Shown here one piece after another: positions 1 to 7,090 of a stretch of DNA of 15,261 bases. A model generated the notes under the pieces. The model searched no databases, was not told the DNA's origin, and saw only the letters and a list, made by a program, of their open reading frames with translations. Numbering within the stretch: position 1 is the stretch's first letter; every line of letters begins with the position of its first letter. The position numbers were made by a program, and so were the translations under genes. The DNA comes from a virus (lineage: Duplodnaviria; Heunggongvirae; Uroviricota; Caudoviricetes). The stretch lies in the IMG/VR virus record IMGVR_UViG_2545824644_000012, positions 1 to 15,261 of that record. One strand, written 5' to 3'.

Positions 1-1131
1 TCAAATGACCAGTTTTTTCCATTCCTTACCACGTGCGTCGTTGTAAATATCGGTCATTTTTTGATTCGAATGTCCCAGCAAAATTTTGGTATCAATTCCC
101 TGTTCTCTGAACAATCGTTCTGATAAAGATCTCTGCTCATGGAAAGAGGGTGGGGTGCCATTAGCACGCCAGTTGTAATCCACAGAATCCCGGGCTTTTT
201 TAAATGCAACGGTTAACGTTGCTGGCTTAACCATCCCGCCGCGCTTAGCTGTCCCTTTAGCATGATGGTGGTGCAATAGCCACGGACTAAGAACGCAATC
301 GCGACAGGATGACACCACATCATCCAGGGTGAGATTTAATTTATCGCAACGCAGAGCCAGAGGGATGGCAATCCGGGTTCCTGTTTTTTGCTGTTCGACA
401 TGAAGATAACCATCCCTGATATCCGAAAATTTCATTTTGCAAATATCTGAAAGGCGCTGGCCTGTCATCAGTGCCAGCAGCATACCACGCTGTAAAAAGT
501 AACCATTCTTTTCCGCTGCATTATAAATCATCATCCACTCATCAAAGGTCAGTCGTTGCCGTGATATCCGTACCTGGGGTTTTTTTGCCGATTCTGCAGG
601 GTTAAAGCCTGGCGGGACATCGCCCGTTTGCTGGGCCTCCCGGAAAACATCGATCAGTACTTTCCTGAAAATTTGTCCCATTCTGTTATGTCCTTTTGCC
701 TTGTAATCTTCCAGCACCGATACCACATCTTTTACGGTTATGGCATCTAATGGTCTGGTACCAAAACGTTCATCAAATACTCTGAGAGGGGATGCTTTCT
801 GTTTCAGTGTGTTGAGTTTGATCTCTCCGTTTTCATATCTTTCCTGTTGAATTTTTCGGTAACTATTCAGAAAAGCAGAAACGGTTGATGGACTACCGGT
901 ATCACTAATAATTTTCTCCTGCAGACTGAGCATTTGTTCCATTTGTTGCCTGGCAAGACGGCTGTTCGCTTCTGCTGCAATAGCTTCTGCCTGTTTCTGG
1001 TCAATACTGCCGAGTCCGTGATTTTTTCCTGTTATGGGATGCCTGTAACGCCAGTAAACTTTGTTATTTCTTTTGTCAAAATACGGAGATAATCCCGGAA
1101 CTTCAGTTTTATATTTTCGTGGGCGCGCCAT
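1..1131 (-). CDS. int: Phage tyrosine integrase (lambda Int family), complete
   Basis: 376-aa ORF; C-terminal catalytic-domain motifs resemble lambda Int (HEQRSLSERL, LLGHSNQKMTDIY with the presumed catalytic Tyr); stop codon at window positions 1-3; 23-nt overlap with the upstream excisionase, as in lambda xis-int. Confidence 0.9.
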   Translation of the reverse strand: MARPRKYKTEVPGLSPYFDKRNNKVYWRYRHPITGKNHGLGSIDQKQAEAIAAEANSRLARQQMEQMLSLQEKIISDTGSPSTVSAFLNSYRKIQQERYENGEIKLNTLKQKASPLRVFDERFGTRPLDAITVKDVVSVLEDYKAKGHNRMGQIFRKVLIDVFREAQQTGDVPPGFNPAESAKKPQVRISRQRLTFDEWMMIYNAAEKNGYFLQRGMLLALMTGQRLSDICKMKFSDIRDGYLHVEQQKTGTRIAIPLALRCDKLNLTLDDVVSSCRDCVLSPWLLHHHHAKGTAKRGGMVKPATLTVAFKKARDSVDYNWRANGTPPSFHEQRSLSERLFREQGIDTKILLGHSNQKMTDIYNDARGKEWKKLVI

Positions 1132-1357
1132 CTTCCAGTATCCTCTTCAAAGCAGGGTGATCTGTGGCGATCACTTCCGGCTTGTTTACCATTCCGACAA
1201 AGCGAGCTCGAGGATCCACTCGCCAGTGTCTTCCAACTTTTTTGGGGAGAGGAAATATCATTCCGGCTTTAGCGTATTTACTTAACGTGCCCGGAGTCGG
1301 GACCGGGTCACTGAATTCCTCTTTTGCCCACTCAGTGAGAAGAATAAGTCTTGCCAT
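1109..1357 (-). CDS. xis: Excisionase (lambda Xis-like)
   Basis: 82-aa ORF immediately upstream of and overlapping int; sequence aligns by eye with lambda Xis (LTEWAKE, IFPLPKKVGRHWRV). No strong Shine-Dalgarno seen. Confidence 0.75.
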   Translation of the reverse strand: MARLILLTEWAKEEFSDPVPTPGTLSKYAKAGMIFPLPKKVGRHWRVDPRARFVGMVNKPEVIATDHPALKRILEDGAPTKI

Positions 1358-1421
1358 GAGAGTTGTTCGCTAATCATGGTCGCCGCCACTATAGCTTGCG
1401 GGCGACGACCGGGGTTGAACA

Positions 1422-3893
1422 TTAAAAATCAGCCTGACTCGGGAGCAGTTTTTGCCAGATGGCTGAAACGTATTTTGCCTGGTAACGAGCATCGTGCAGC
1501 GCGTTATGGCGTTCACCTTCGAATGGAATAGTCGTTCTTGCGTCGAAATCCATCACCAGTCCCAGAGCAACCATCGTTCTTACATCGCGATCATTGGTGA
1601 AACGCCACGGGCAGGGGAGCCCCTGTCGTTCATATGAACGGCGTAAAATCACGTTGTCGAAAGTTGCACCGTTACCCCAGACCTGAACAAAAAATTCACC
1701 GGAGTTTTCGTCGATAAATTCCCGTAGTTGCAGCAGTGCATCATCCAACGGGATTTCATCGGTCAGAATGGCGGATTGTGCTTCGCGTGACTGTTTCAGC
1801 CACCACTTAATGGTGTCCCGATCGATGACCCCGCCTGCGGTTTCCAGATCGATAGTTTTGCTGAATTCTGGCCCCATCTCTCCGGTTGCCGGATCAAAAA
1901 ACTTACCGGCTATAGCGTTTATTGGCGCATCAGGATTTTTTCCCATTGTTTCAAGGTCAATCATCAGATGGTGCCACAACCTGCTGGTGGATGTGATTTC
2001 ATGATGACCGTTCACTTTAATTAAGGGATTTGCTGTCTCGCCAGTTTTATTATCGCTGGCGTGATACTGATCGCTGCCAGTGTTCTCCTTGTGCAGATGT
2101 TCAGTGCCTTCCATTTCCTCCGGAGCATTTTCCTGAGCTTCAGCCTGATTCTCTTCATCGAATGTTTCCTGGTAGGTTGCGTTCCCCATCACCGCACCAC
2201 AGTCAGGACAGTTGCCGCCACCGGTCTGACCGCATGCGGTGCAAACTTTTTCCAGTTCCTGTTGCACTGCTGGTTCTGGTTGTTGTTCTTCTGGCCCGTT
2301 TTGTTGCGTATCCGGGCTGTTTTGTTCCGCTTCTGGCTCATTTTGTTTCACGTTGGGCTGATTCAGGTCCTCAGCGTCGCGACTCTGGATCCCTTTCACC
2401 CATTTCGGATCATCCGGGTCGCTAATCCCTTCAACAAATTCACCACGTGATGCAGCAAGCAATTTATCGGCGTCAGGCTGGCTGATATTGGCTGCCTGCA
2501 TAATTTTGTTTACTTCGTCAGCGGTAACTTTTACCGGCTCTGGTTGTTCGGAATCTTCAGTGCTATCCACATTTTGCGGTAAGCCCGTGTATGTGCCATT
2601 TTTTCGGGCAAAATATTCTTCTTTTGAGATTTCGGTACCGCCGGCAGCCAGCGCCCTGTCCAGACCAGAAAGTTTGTTTGCCCTGCCGTATTTTTCCCCG
2701 CCCTTATCGGTAAAGACGAAATAAAATGGTCCTTCACGCTCTACAGATGGTTCAGCTTCCACCAGGATTTCATTTTTTTGAGTATCGGATTCTGCCGTCT
2801 CCACTGGAGCAGTTTGTGCTGCTGACTGCTGGAGAGCATTAGCAGAGCTCTGGTCTGTTTCTTCATGTTCAAACACGCCCTTTGTCGTCAGGTATTCGCT
2901 GATATATTTGTTCAGTGCAACGGGATCTTTGTGAATATCGATCGGACGTTCGCGAACAAGGCCAAAAATAGTCTGACGGTCATAGGCAAGTGCTTCGGGC
3001 TGTTTGCGCATTGATGCTGAGATACGCTTCCAGTCTTCGCGATCCTTGTCGATAACCTCATTTGTCGCCCAGCGATGGATGGTACCGTCAATGTTTCCTG
3101 CATCCACATCACCGGGCCAGAGGGCGCAGGCCAGTTCATTGTCGAGTGTTTTCCATGTCTGTTTGTATTCGCGGCGAATGGCAACAGTGACAGCCCCGGT
3201 TTTTTCAGCAGCGTTTTCAGTGTTCTGTTGGTTGACTCTGGCGCGGGCGAGATCAACAACAGACGTGTATTTTCCGGTTTCCTTGCGTTCACCTTCGCGA
3301 CGTTTTTTCCAGATGCGCATCTCTGCCTGAATTTCAGGCCATTTAGCGCCAGGCTCACATTTATTCTTAACCCACCCGATGGCATGCAGTTTAAGTTCAG
3401 GATACATGGCGTTAACTTCTGGCATTTTCATCAACGCTTCAACGATATGTCCGCCGAATGTTGCCATGTCTTCCTGTAGTAATTCCTGTGCGCTAATCAC
3501 CATATCAACGGTGATGTTTTCGCATGTGTCGAATTTAACCAGGACTGCGTTCTGTACTTCAGGGGACAGCTTGTCAAAATTGACGTTCATCGGATCGGAT
3601 TCGGGTTCGACCGGGACAAAGGACGCAGACTCCTCATCCCAGCGGTTTTCCTGCATATATTCGGTATCCCAGGAATCGAGGGCAGGGCGGGGTATGCCGG
3701 GTTTATCCTCGCAGACAATAAATTTATAAGCGCAGTCCTGAGCTGCCGGGAATTGCTCCAGAAATTGCCAGTGAAATTTTGCGCGTGCGCGACGCTCATC
3801 ACCGGCTTCAATGGCAGTGGCCACCGCAACAGCGCTATCTTCTTCTATGGCCTGCTCGTCAGGAATAGCAGCGCAAATAAAGATTTTATTCAT
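1422..3893 (-). CDS. Large RecE-like exonuclease (exodeoxyribonuclease VIII-like) with C-terminal DEDDh 3'-5' exonuclease domain
   Basis: 823-aa ORF. C-terminal ~180 aa carry DnaQ/RNase T-type motifs ([34 protein letters not shown]). Central acidic Q/E/P-rich low-complexity stretch with a CxxC-x8-CxxC zinc-ribbon ([16 protein letters not shown]). Sits where lambdoid phages carry exo/recE, upstream of xis-int. GAGG about 11 nt before the ATG. Confidence 0.7.
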   Translation of the reverse strand: MNKIFICAAIPDEQAIEEDSAVAVATAIEAGDERRARAKFHWQFLEQFPAAQDCAYKFIVCEDKPGIPRPALDSWDTEYMQENRWDEESASFVPVEPESDPMNVNFDKLSPEVQNAVLVKFDTCENITVDMVISAQELLQEDMATFGGHIVEALMKMPEVNAMYPELKLHAIGWVKNKCEPGAKWPEIQAEMRIWKKRREGERKETGKYTSVVDLARARVNQQNTENAAEKTGAVTVAIRREYKQTWKTLDNELACALWPGDVDAGNIDGTIHRWATNEVIDKDREDWKRISASMRKQPEALAYDRQTIFGLVRERPIDIHKDPVALNKYISEYLTTKGVFEHEETDQSSANALQQSAAQTAPVETAESDTQKNEILVEAEPSVEREGPFYFVFTDKGGEKYGRANKLSGLDRALAAGGTEISKEEYFARKNGTYTGLPQNVDSTEDSEQPEPVKVTADEVNKIMQAANISQPDADKLLAASRGEFVEGISDPDDPKWVKGIQSRDAEDLNQPNVKQNEPEAEQNSPDTQQNGPEEQQPEPAVQQELEKVCTACGQTGGGNCPDCGAVMGNATYQETFDEENQAEAQENAPEEMEGTEHLHKENTGSDQYHASDNKTGETANPLIKVNGHHEITSTSRLWHHLMIDLETMGKNPDAPINAIAGKFFDPATGEMGPEFSKTIDLETAGGVIDRDTIKWWLKQSREAQSAILTDEIPLDDALLQLREFIDENSGEFFVQVWGNGATFDNVILRRSYERQGLPCPWRFTNDRDVRTMVALGLVMDFDARTTIPFEGERHNALHDARYQAKYVSAIWQKLLPSQADF

Positions 3894-3988
3894 TGTGTTT
3901 TAACCTCATTACAGATTTCAGGGTGAACGAATCCCTGCCATTGCTGGCATTTTTAATCCGTTGGTATGGCGTTAATATGGCTGGCGGG

Positions 3989-4177
3989 TTATCCAGCCGG
4001 TGTTTCGTTATTCAGGTACAGCGATACTTTTTTTACCGGGAGGCATTCACCGGGGATTTTTTGTTCGTCCCTTACCTGAATGCAGGATGACTTACTGTCA
4101 TAAATTCCGGTAATCACATTCTGCGGCTCACCCGTTATAAGAAAAACGGTCATCACCAGTGCAAATGCTGAAGTCAT
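3989..4177 (-). CDS. ydfD: YdfD-like small lysis protein (Qin ydfD homologue)
   Basis: 62-aa ORF with hydrophobic N-terminus (MTSAFALVMTVFLITGEP) and EQKIPG.C.PV.KV pattern recalled from Qin YdfD; GGAG 7 nt upstream; ATG overlaps the dicB stop (ATGA). Confidence 0.6.
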   Translation of the reverse strand: MTSAFALVMTVFLITGEPQNVITGIYDSKSSCIQVRDEQKIPGECLPVKKVSLYLNNETPAG

Positions 4178-4362
4178 TGACGTTCTCCGAAAATACCAAG
4201 TTTAATAAGGGCAATTCGGGAAAGAATGGAATTATCATTGAGCAGATAAGGCTCATATTTCCGCATATTAATGGCATCCTCAGTAAACGCTTTATTACTG
4301 AGCAGAACACCAATATCAAAACAACCTTCAGACGTATTAACGTTTGGTAATAACGTTTCCAT
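4174..4362 (-). CDS. dicB: Cell-division inhibitor DicB homologue
   Basis: 62-aa ORF; N-terminus METLLPNVNTSEGCFDIGV..FTEDAIN.RK matches recalled K-12 DicB (MKTLLPNVNTSEGCFEIGV...FTEDAINKRK); GAGGA 7 nt upstream of the ATG; same length as DicB. Confidence 0.75.
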   Translation of the reverse strand: METLLPNVNTSEGCFDIGVLLSNKAFTEDAINMRKYEPYLLNDNSILSRIALIKLGIFGERQ

Positions 4363-4379
4363 TATCGCGTCCTCAACAA

Positions 4380-4535
4380 TGAATTTTGTGATGCAGTGCC
4401 TGGTGCCTCCAGGTGACGTTAACCAGTTAACAATTAACGCCGGATTGTTAGTTGATGTCTGTTACGCAAGTAAAAGACCGCTTGTTTTAACTGTTCCGCG
4501 TGCGCATAGCCGCATTCACCGCATCACAAAATTCA
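4380..4535. repeat. Near-perfect 19-bp inverted repeat pair (tGAATTTTGTGATGC(a/g)GTG) separated by about 118 bp
   Basis: Plus strand 4380-4398 tgaattttgtgatgcagtg; reverse complement of 4517-4535 is tgaattttgtgatgcggtg (18/19 identical). Lies between the DicF-like element and the dicB ribosome-binding site. Confidence 0.8.
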
Positions 4536-4539
4536 CTTT

Positions 4540-4579
4540 AAAAAGGGCGGATATCCATTTCCGCCGAATCACCAGAAAA
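4540..4579 (-). ncRNA. dicF: DicF-like small RNA (shortened variant) with intrinsic-terminator 3' end
   Basis: Minus strand reads UUUCUGGUGAUUCGGCGGAAAUGGAUAUCCGCCCUUUUU. The 5' UUUCUGGUGA and the GGCGG...CCGCCC stem plus U-run resemble recalled DicF (UUUCUGGUGACGUUUGGCGG...GCCGCCC). Position immediately upstream of dicB matches Qin gene order. Boundaries approximate. Confidence 0.45.
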
Positions 4580-4941
4580 GTGATAACAGAGGTTGTTGTG
4601 GCTGGGGTGTCACTTAAGCGTATGGTCAACCTGACAACCCGGTGTCCTCAACGGGGGAAGGAATAACCCCGCCATACTTACCGCCGCGCCATTTCGCGGA
4701 TTACCACAACCGGAAGCGCACGATCGAATTAAATTTAACGACGACCTATACAGAGAGACGAACTTCGCCGTGCGCTTTCGTGTTGTGTGCCTGCTTTAAC
4801 CACGTCAGGCGAGGTGGACTCGTTATTCCCCAACAACAAGGATCTTGTTAATCTGGATATCCACAACAAGAATAAGAGTATTCAGAGTGATCGCTGAATT
4901 AACGGCAGCAATGGCGGCTATTCCTTAATTACCAGGCATCA

Positions 4942-5094
4942 TTAGTCAGAGTTTCTTGCTAACCAGCGATGCGCGCCAGCTTCGGTTTTAAACGTTTTAC
5001 TTTTGGTATACGTCATCGCGGTAAACGTGCCGTCCTGGTTGGGGAAGACGCCGCACACCAGAGATTCATTGTTGCCAAGATTGAGCATATCCAT
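4942..5094 (-). CDS. DUF1391-like small protein (YdfA/YdaF family)
   Basis: 50-aa ORF below the track length cutoff: MDMLNLGNNESLVCGVFPNQDGTFTAMTYTKSKTFKTEAGAHRWLARNSD; GAGG 4 nt before the ATG; first gene downstream of the leftward promoter, as ydfA is in the Qin dicB operon. Family assignment from memory. Confidence 0.55.
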   Translation of the reverse strand: MDMLNLGNNESLVCGVFPNQDGTFTAMTYTKSKTFKTEAGAHRWLARNSD

Positions 5095-5272
5095 GTTGAC
5101 CTCATTTACCCTTAACGCCGGGTCGCGGAACTAAAAACCTGCTGCGCTGTTATACAAAGTGTTCCCGCCGTCATGTTCATACGCCTCGGGCTGGCTACTT
5201 AACCCCTGACCACTGCCTGGTAACTCGAAGTATTGCCCTGCGTTCTGTGGGGCGGGGTGGGTTGATGAATAT

Positions 5273-5310
5273 AATCTACAAGTAAAAACTGTTTGATGTC
5301 AACAATAAAT
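5273..5310 (-). promoter_or_regulatory. Leftward sigma70-type promoter (-35 TTGACA, 18-bp spacer, -10 TAGATT) overlapped by a repressor operator
   Basis: Minus strand: TTGACA is the reverse complement of 5297-5302 and TAGATT of 5273-5278. Plus strand 5283-5310 contains aaaaaCTGTT-N7-AACAAtaaat, the same half-site pattern as the palindrome in the repressor/cro intergenic region. Confidence 0.5.
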
Positions 5311-5366
5311 AACTGTCATTTTGGACGAAGAAAACTCCCTCATCAGTGGGAGCAAAAGCGGTGGGC

Positions 5367-5654
5367 TTAAAGATTAGCGGGGAATTGTCGACGGGCGTGA
5401 ACCACGTTTACAATTTCAATACCTGAAGTTGTCACCCGGTACAAAATTATGTAATTGGGGTGAGCCACAATCTCGCGCAAACCTGGCACTCTGTCGCTTG
5501 GCGGATATAAATACGGATGTTCGGATAACGGCAGGACGCAAGCTCTTAAGCGTTGCCATAAGCGTTCTGCCGCATCTATGTCGAAACGGGCAATATAACT
5601 AGTTATATCATCCAGATCGGTATCTGCGCTTTCAAGCCATAACACGGGTAACAT
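5367..5654 (-). CDS. parE2: ParE/RelE-family type II toxin (ParE2-like)
   Basis: 95-aa ORF starting directly after the antitoxin stop (TAA-ATG); RelE/ParE-like size and sequence; partner of a PaaA2-like antitoxin. Confidence 0.8.
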   Translation of the reverse strand: MLPVLWLESADTDLDDITSYIARFDIDAAERLWQRLRACVLPLSEHPYLYPPSDRVPGLREIVAHPNYIILYRVTTSGIEIVNVVHARRQFPANL

Positions 5655-5846
5655 TTACTGCTCTCTCCGTTCCTTGCGAATTTTGGCAAAGCGTTCTGCC
5701 ATTCTGCGCTCAACTTCATCATGTGGAATAGCAGGACGTGGATCAGCAAGGCTTGCGGCTACTTTTGCGCGTAACCATTCGTTATAACTGTTTTCTTGCT
5801 CAACGGTTTCAAATTCAGAAACCATTGGTGAAAGGGCTGTATTCAT
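5655..5846 (-). CDS. paaA2: PaaA2-like antitoxin (63 aa)
   Basis: Using the internal Met gives MNTALSPMVSEFETVEQENSYNEWLRAKVAASLADPRPAIPHDEVERRMAERFAKIRKERREQ, near-identical to the recalled E. coli O157 PaaA2. AGGAGG 6 nt upstream of this ATG; the longer track ORF (to 5909) would overlap the repressor gene. Confidence 0.85.
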   Translation of the reverse strand: MNTALSPMVSEFETVEQENSYNEWLRAKVAASLADPRPAIPHDEVERRMAERFAKIRKERREQ

Positions 5847-5875
5847 GACATACCTCCTCTTACAGGTGGTAGAGA

Positions 5876-6277
5876 TTACGCTCGGTGCCCCTTTTGGGCT
5901 GCGATCCACCGAGCAACAGTTTCTTCCATTGACTTTTTCTTATTTTTTATTTCCTGAAGCATTTTTTCTTGGTCTTCATCGGGAAATGCACTAAAAGCTT
6001 GGAGCAATTCACGTTGGCGAGGGCCAATTTTCATCGTGTCAGGAGTAAAAATTTGCTCTCCCTCTTCTGGAGGTAATAAAAACCAATGTAGTGGATGCCC
6101 TGTAACCTCGACCAACTTATCTAAGCTGGAGGCTTTAGGTGTGGCTTTTCCACTGACCCATTGCTGAACAGTTTGCTGTGTCACACCGACTCTACGAGCA
6201 AGTTCAGCTTGGCTCCATCCTGTTTCTTTGAGGAGCCTGCTAATTCTGTACATAGATACTTCTAGGGCCTTCATCAT
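5876..6277 (-). CDS. paaR2: HTH (XRE-family) repressor, DicA/PaaR2-like; probable prophage repressor
   Basis: 133-aa ORF with helix-turn-helix (SQAELARRVGVTQQTVQQW); divergent from a Cro-like gene across an operator-containing intergenic region; immediately upstream of the PaaA2/ParE2 pair on the same strand. No Shine-Dalgarno upstream, so possibly leaderless like lambda cI. Confidence 0.7.
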   Translation of the reverse strand: MMKALEVSMYRISRLLKETGWSQAELARRVGVTQQTVQQWVSGKATPKASSLDKLVEVTGHPLHWFLLPPEEGEQIFTPDTMKIGPRQRELLQAFSAFPDEDQEKMLQEIKNKKKSMEETVARWIAAQKGHRA

Positions 6278-6288
6278 TATTCGATTTT

Positions 6289-6347
6289 ACAGGTAAATAC
6301 TGTTAAAAGCACCACAATAAAAAACTGTTGATCATGAACAGTTTTTT
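6289..6347. promoter_or_regulatory. Operator region between divergent repressor and cro-like genes
   Basis: 6319-6347 aaaaaaCTGTTgatcatgAACAGtttttt has perfect 11-bp inverted arms around a 7-bp spacer; a second ACAG-N7-CTGT element lies at 6289-6303. Divergent promoters were not resolved confidently. Confidence 0.5.
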
Positions 6348-6385
6348 ATTGTAGCCTTTATCTATGAACTTCAGAGGAGGGCAAC

Positions 6386-6646
6386 ATGCTCAATAGCACC
6401 CGTGAAAAAATTAAGCAGAAATACACACAGGCTGAAATAGGACGCTATATGGGAGTAACCCAACAAACTGTTTGGCAATGGTTTAGCTTGGGTATTCCTC
6501 CCAAACAGGTAATCCCTTTATGCCAACTAATGCAGTGGGGGGTTACTCCTCACGAACTCCGACCTGATATTTATCCTAACCCAACAGACGGCTTGCCTGC
6601 TGAGTTTCAGACTAGCACACAGCCAGCGACGGGAGTTGATTCATGA
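6386..6646 (+). CDS. Cro-like HTH regulator (YdaS family)
   Basis: 86-aa ORF; GAGGAGGG Shine-Dalgarno; motif GVTQQTVWQW..GIPP...ELRPD typical of YdaS/Cro-like proteins; divergent from the repressor. Confidence 0.7.
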   Translation: MLNSTREKIKQKYTQAEIGRYMGVTQQTVWQWFSLGIPPKQVIPLCQLMQWGVTPHELRPDIYPNPTDGLPAEFQTSTQPATGVDS

Positions 6647-7068
6647 AAATCAAGCATGAGCACATCCGCATGGCGATGAATGCCTGGGCATATCCTGACG
6701 GTGAGAAAGTTCCCGCAGCTGAAATAGCCCGGACTTATTTCGAACTGGGGATGACGTTCCCGGAACTGTACGACGACACTCATCCTGAGGCCCTGGCTCG
6801 TAATACCCAGAAAATTTTCCGTTGGCTGGATAAAGACACCCATGATGCTGTTGAAAAAATTCAGGCTCTGTTACCGGCGATCGAAAAGGCGATGCCGCCT
6901 TTGCTGGTGGCCCGTATGCGCAGTCACAGTTCTGAGTACTACCGGGAGATTGTCGAACGGCGGGATCGGCTGGTGAAGGATGTCGACGATTTTGTTGCGT
7001 CAGCGGTCGTTTTGTATGACCAGATAAATCGCGGCGGCCCGGCAGGGAATGCTGTGGTGATGCACTAA
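6643..7068 (+). CDS. YdaT-family protein (CII-like regulator / putative toxin)
   Basis: 141-aa ORF beginning MKIKHEHI, as recalled for Rac YdaT; ATG overlaps the cro-like stop (ATGA), matching the ydaS-ydaT arrangement. Confidence 0.6.
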   Translation: MKIKHEHIRMAMNAWAYPDGEKVPAAEIARTYFELGMTFPELYDDTHPEALARNTQKIFRWLDKDTHDAVEKIQALLPAIEKAMPPLLVARMRSHSSEYYREIVERRDRLVKDVDDFVASAVVLYDQINRGGPAGNAVVMH

Positions 7069-7090
7069 AAGCACGGTGTTCGGGGGTTTT

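Noticed and set aside
1061-1373. Plus-strand ORFs 1061-1285 and 1164-1373
   Set aside because: They lie antisense to the well-supported int and xis genes, with no ribosome-binding site and no recognisable product.
1768-3729. Plus-strand ORFs (1768-2004, 2030-2425, 2061-2450, 2488-2724, 3004-3330, 3075-3479, 3379-3729) and minus-strand ORFs in other frames (2531-2737, 2912-3385, 3587-3829)
   Set aside because: All sit inside the 823-aa exonuclease gene in other frames or on the opposite strand; their low-complexity translations are typical of shadow ORFs.
4128-4350. ORFs 4128-4319 (minus) and 4159-4350 (plus) overlapping dicB
   Set aside because: Alternative-frame and antisense overlaps of the DicB homologue, which has the recognisable sequence and ribosome-binding site.
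4271-4851. Plus-strand ORFs 4271-4666 and 4642-4851
   Set aside because: They run antisense through the DicF-like sRNA and the inverted-repeat region, with no ribosome-binding site; the region reads better as structured RNA on the minus strand.
5655-5909. Longer 84-aa version of the antitoxin ORF
   Set aside because: The upstream extension overlaps the repressor gene's 3' end; the internal ATG at 5846 has an AGGAGG site and gives the 63-aa PaaA2-like product.
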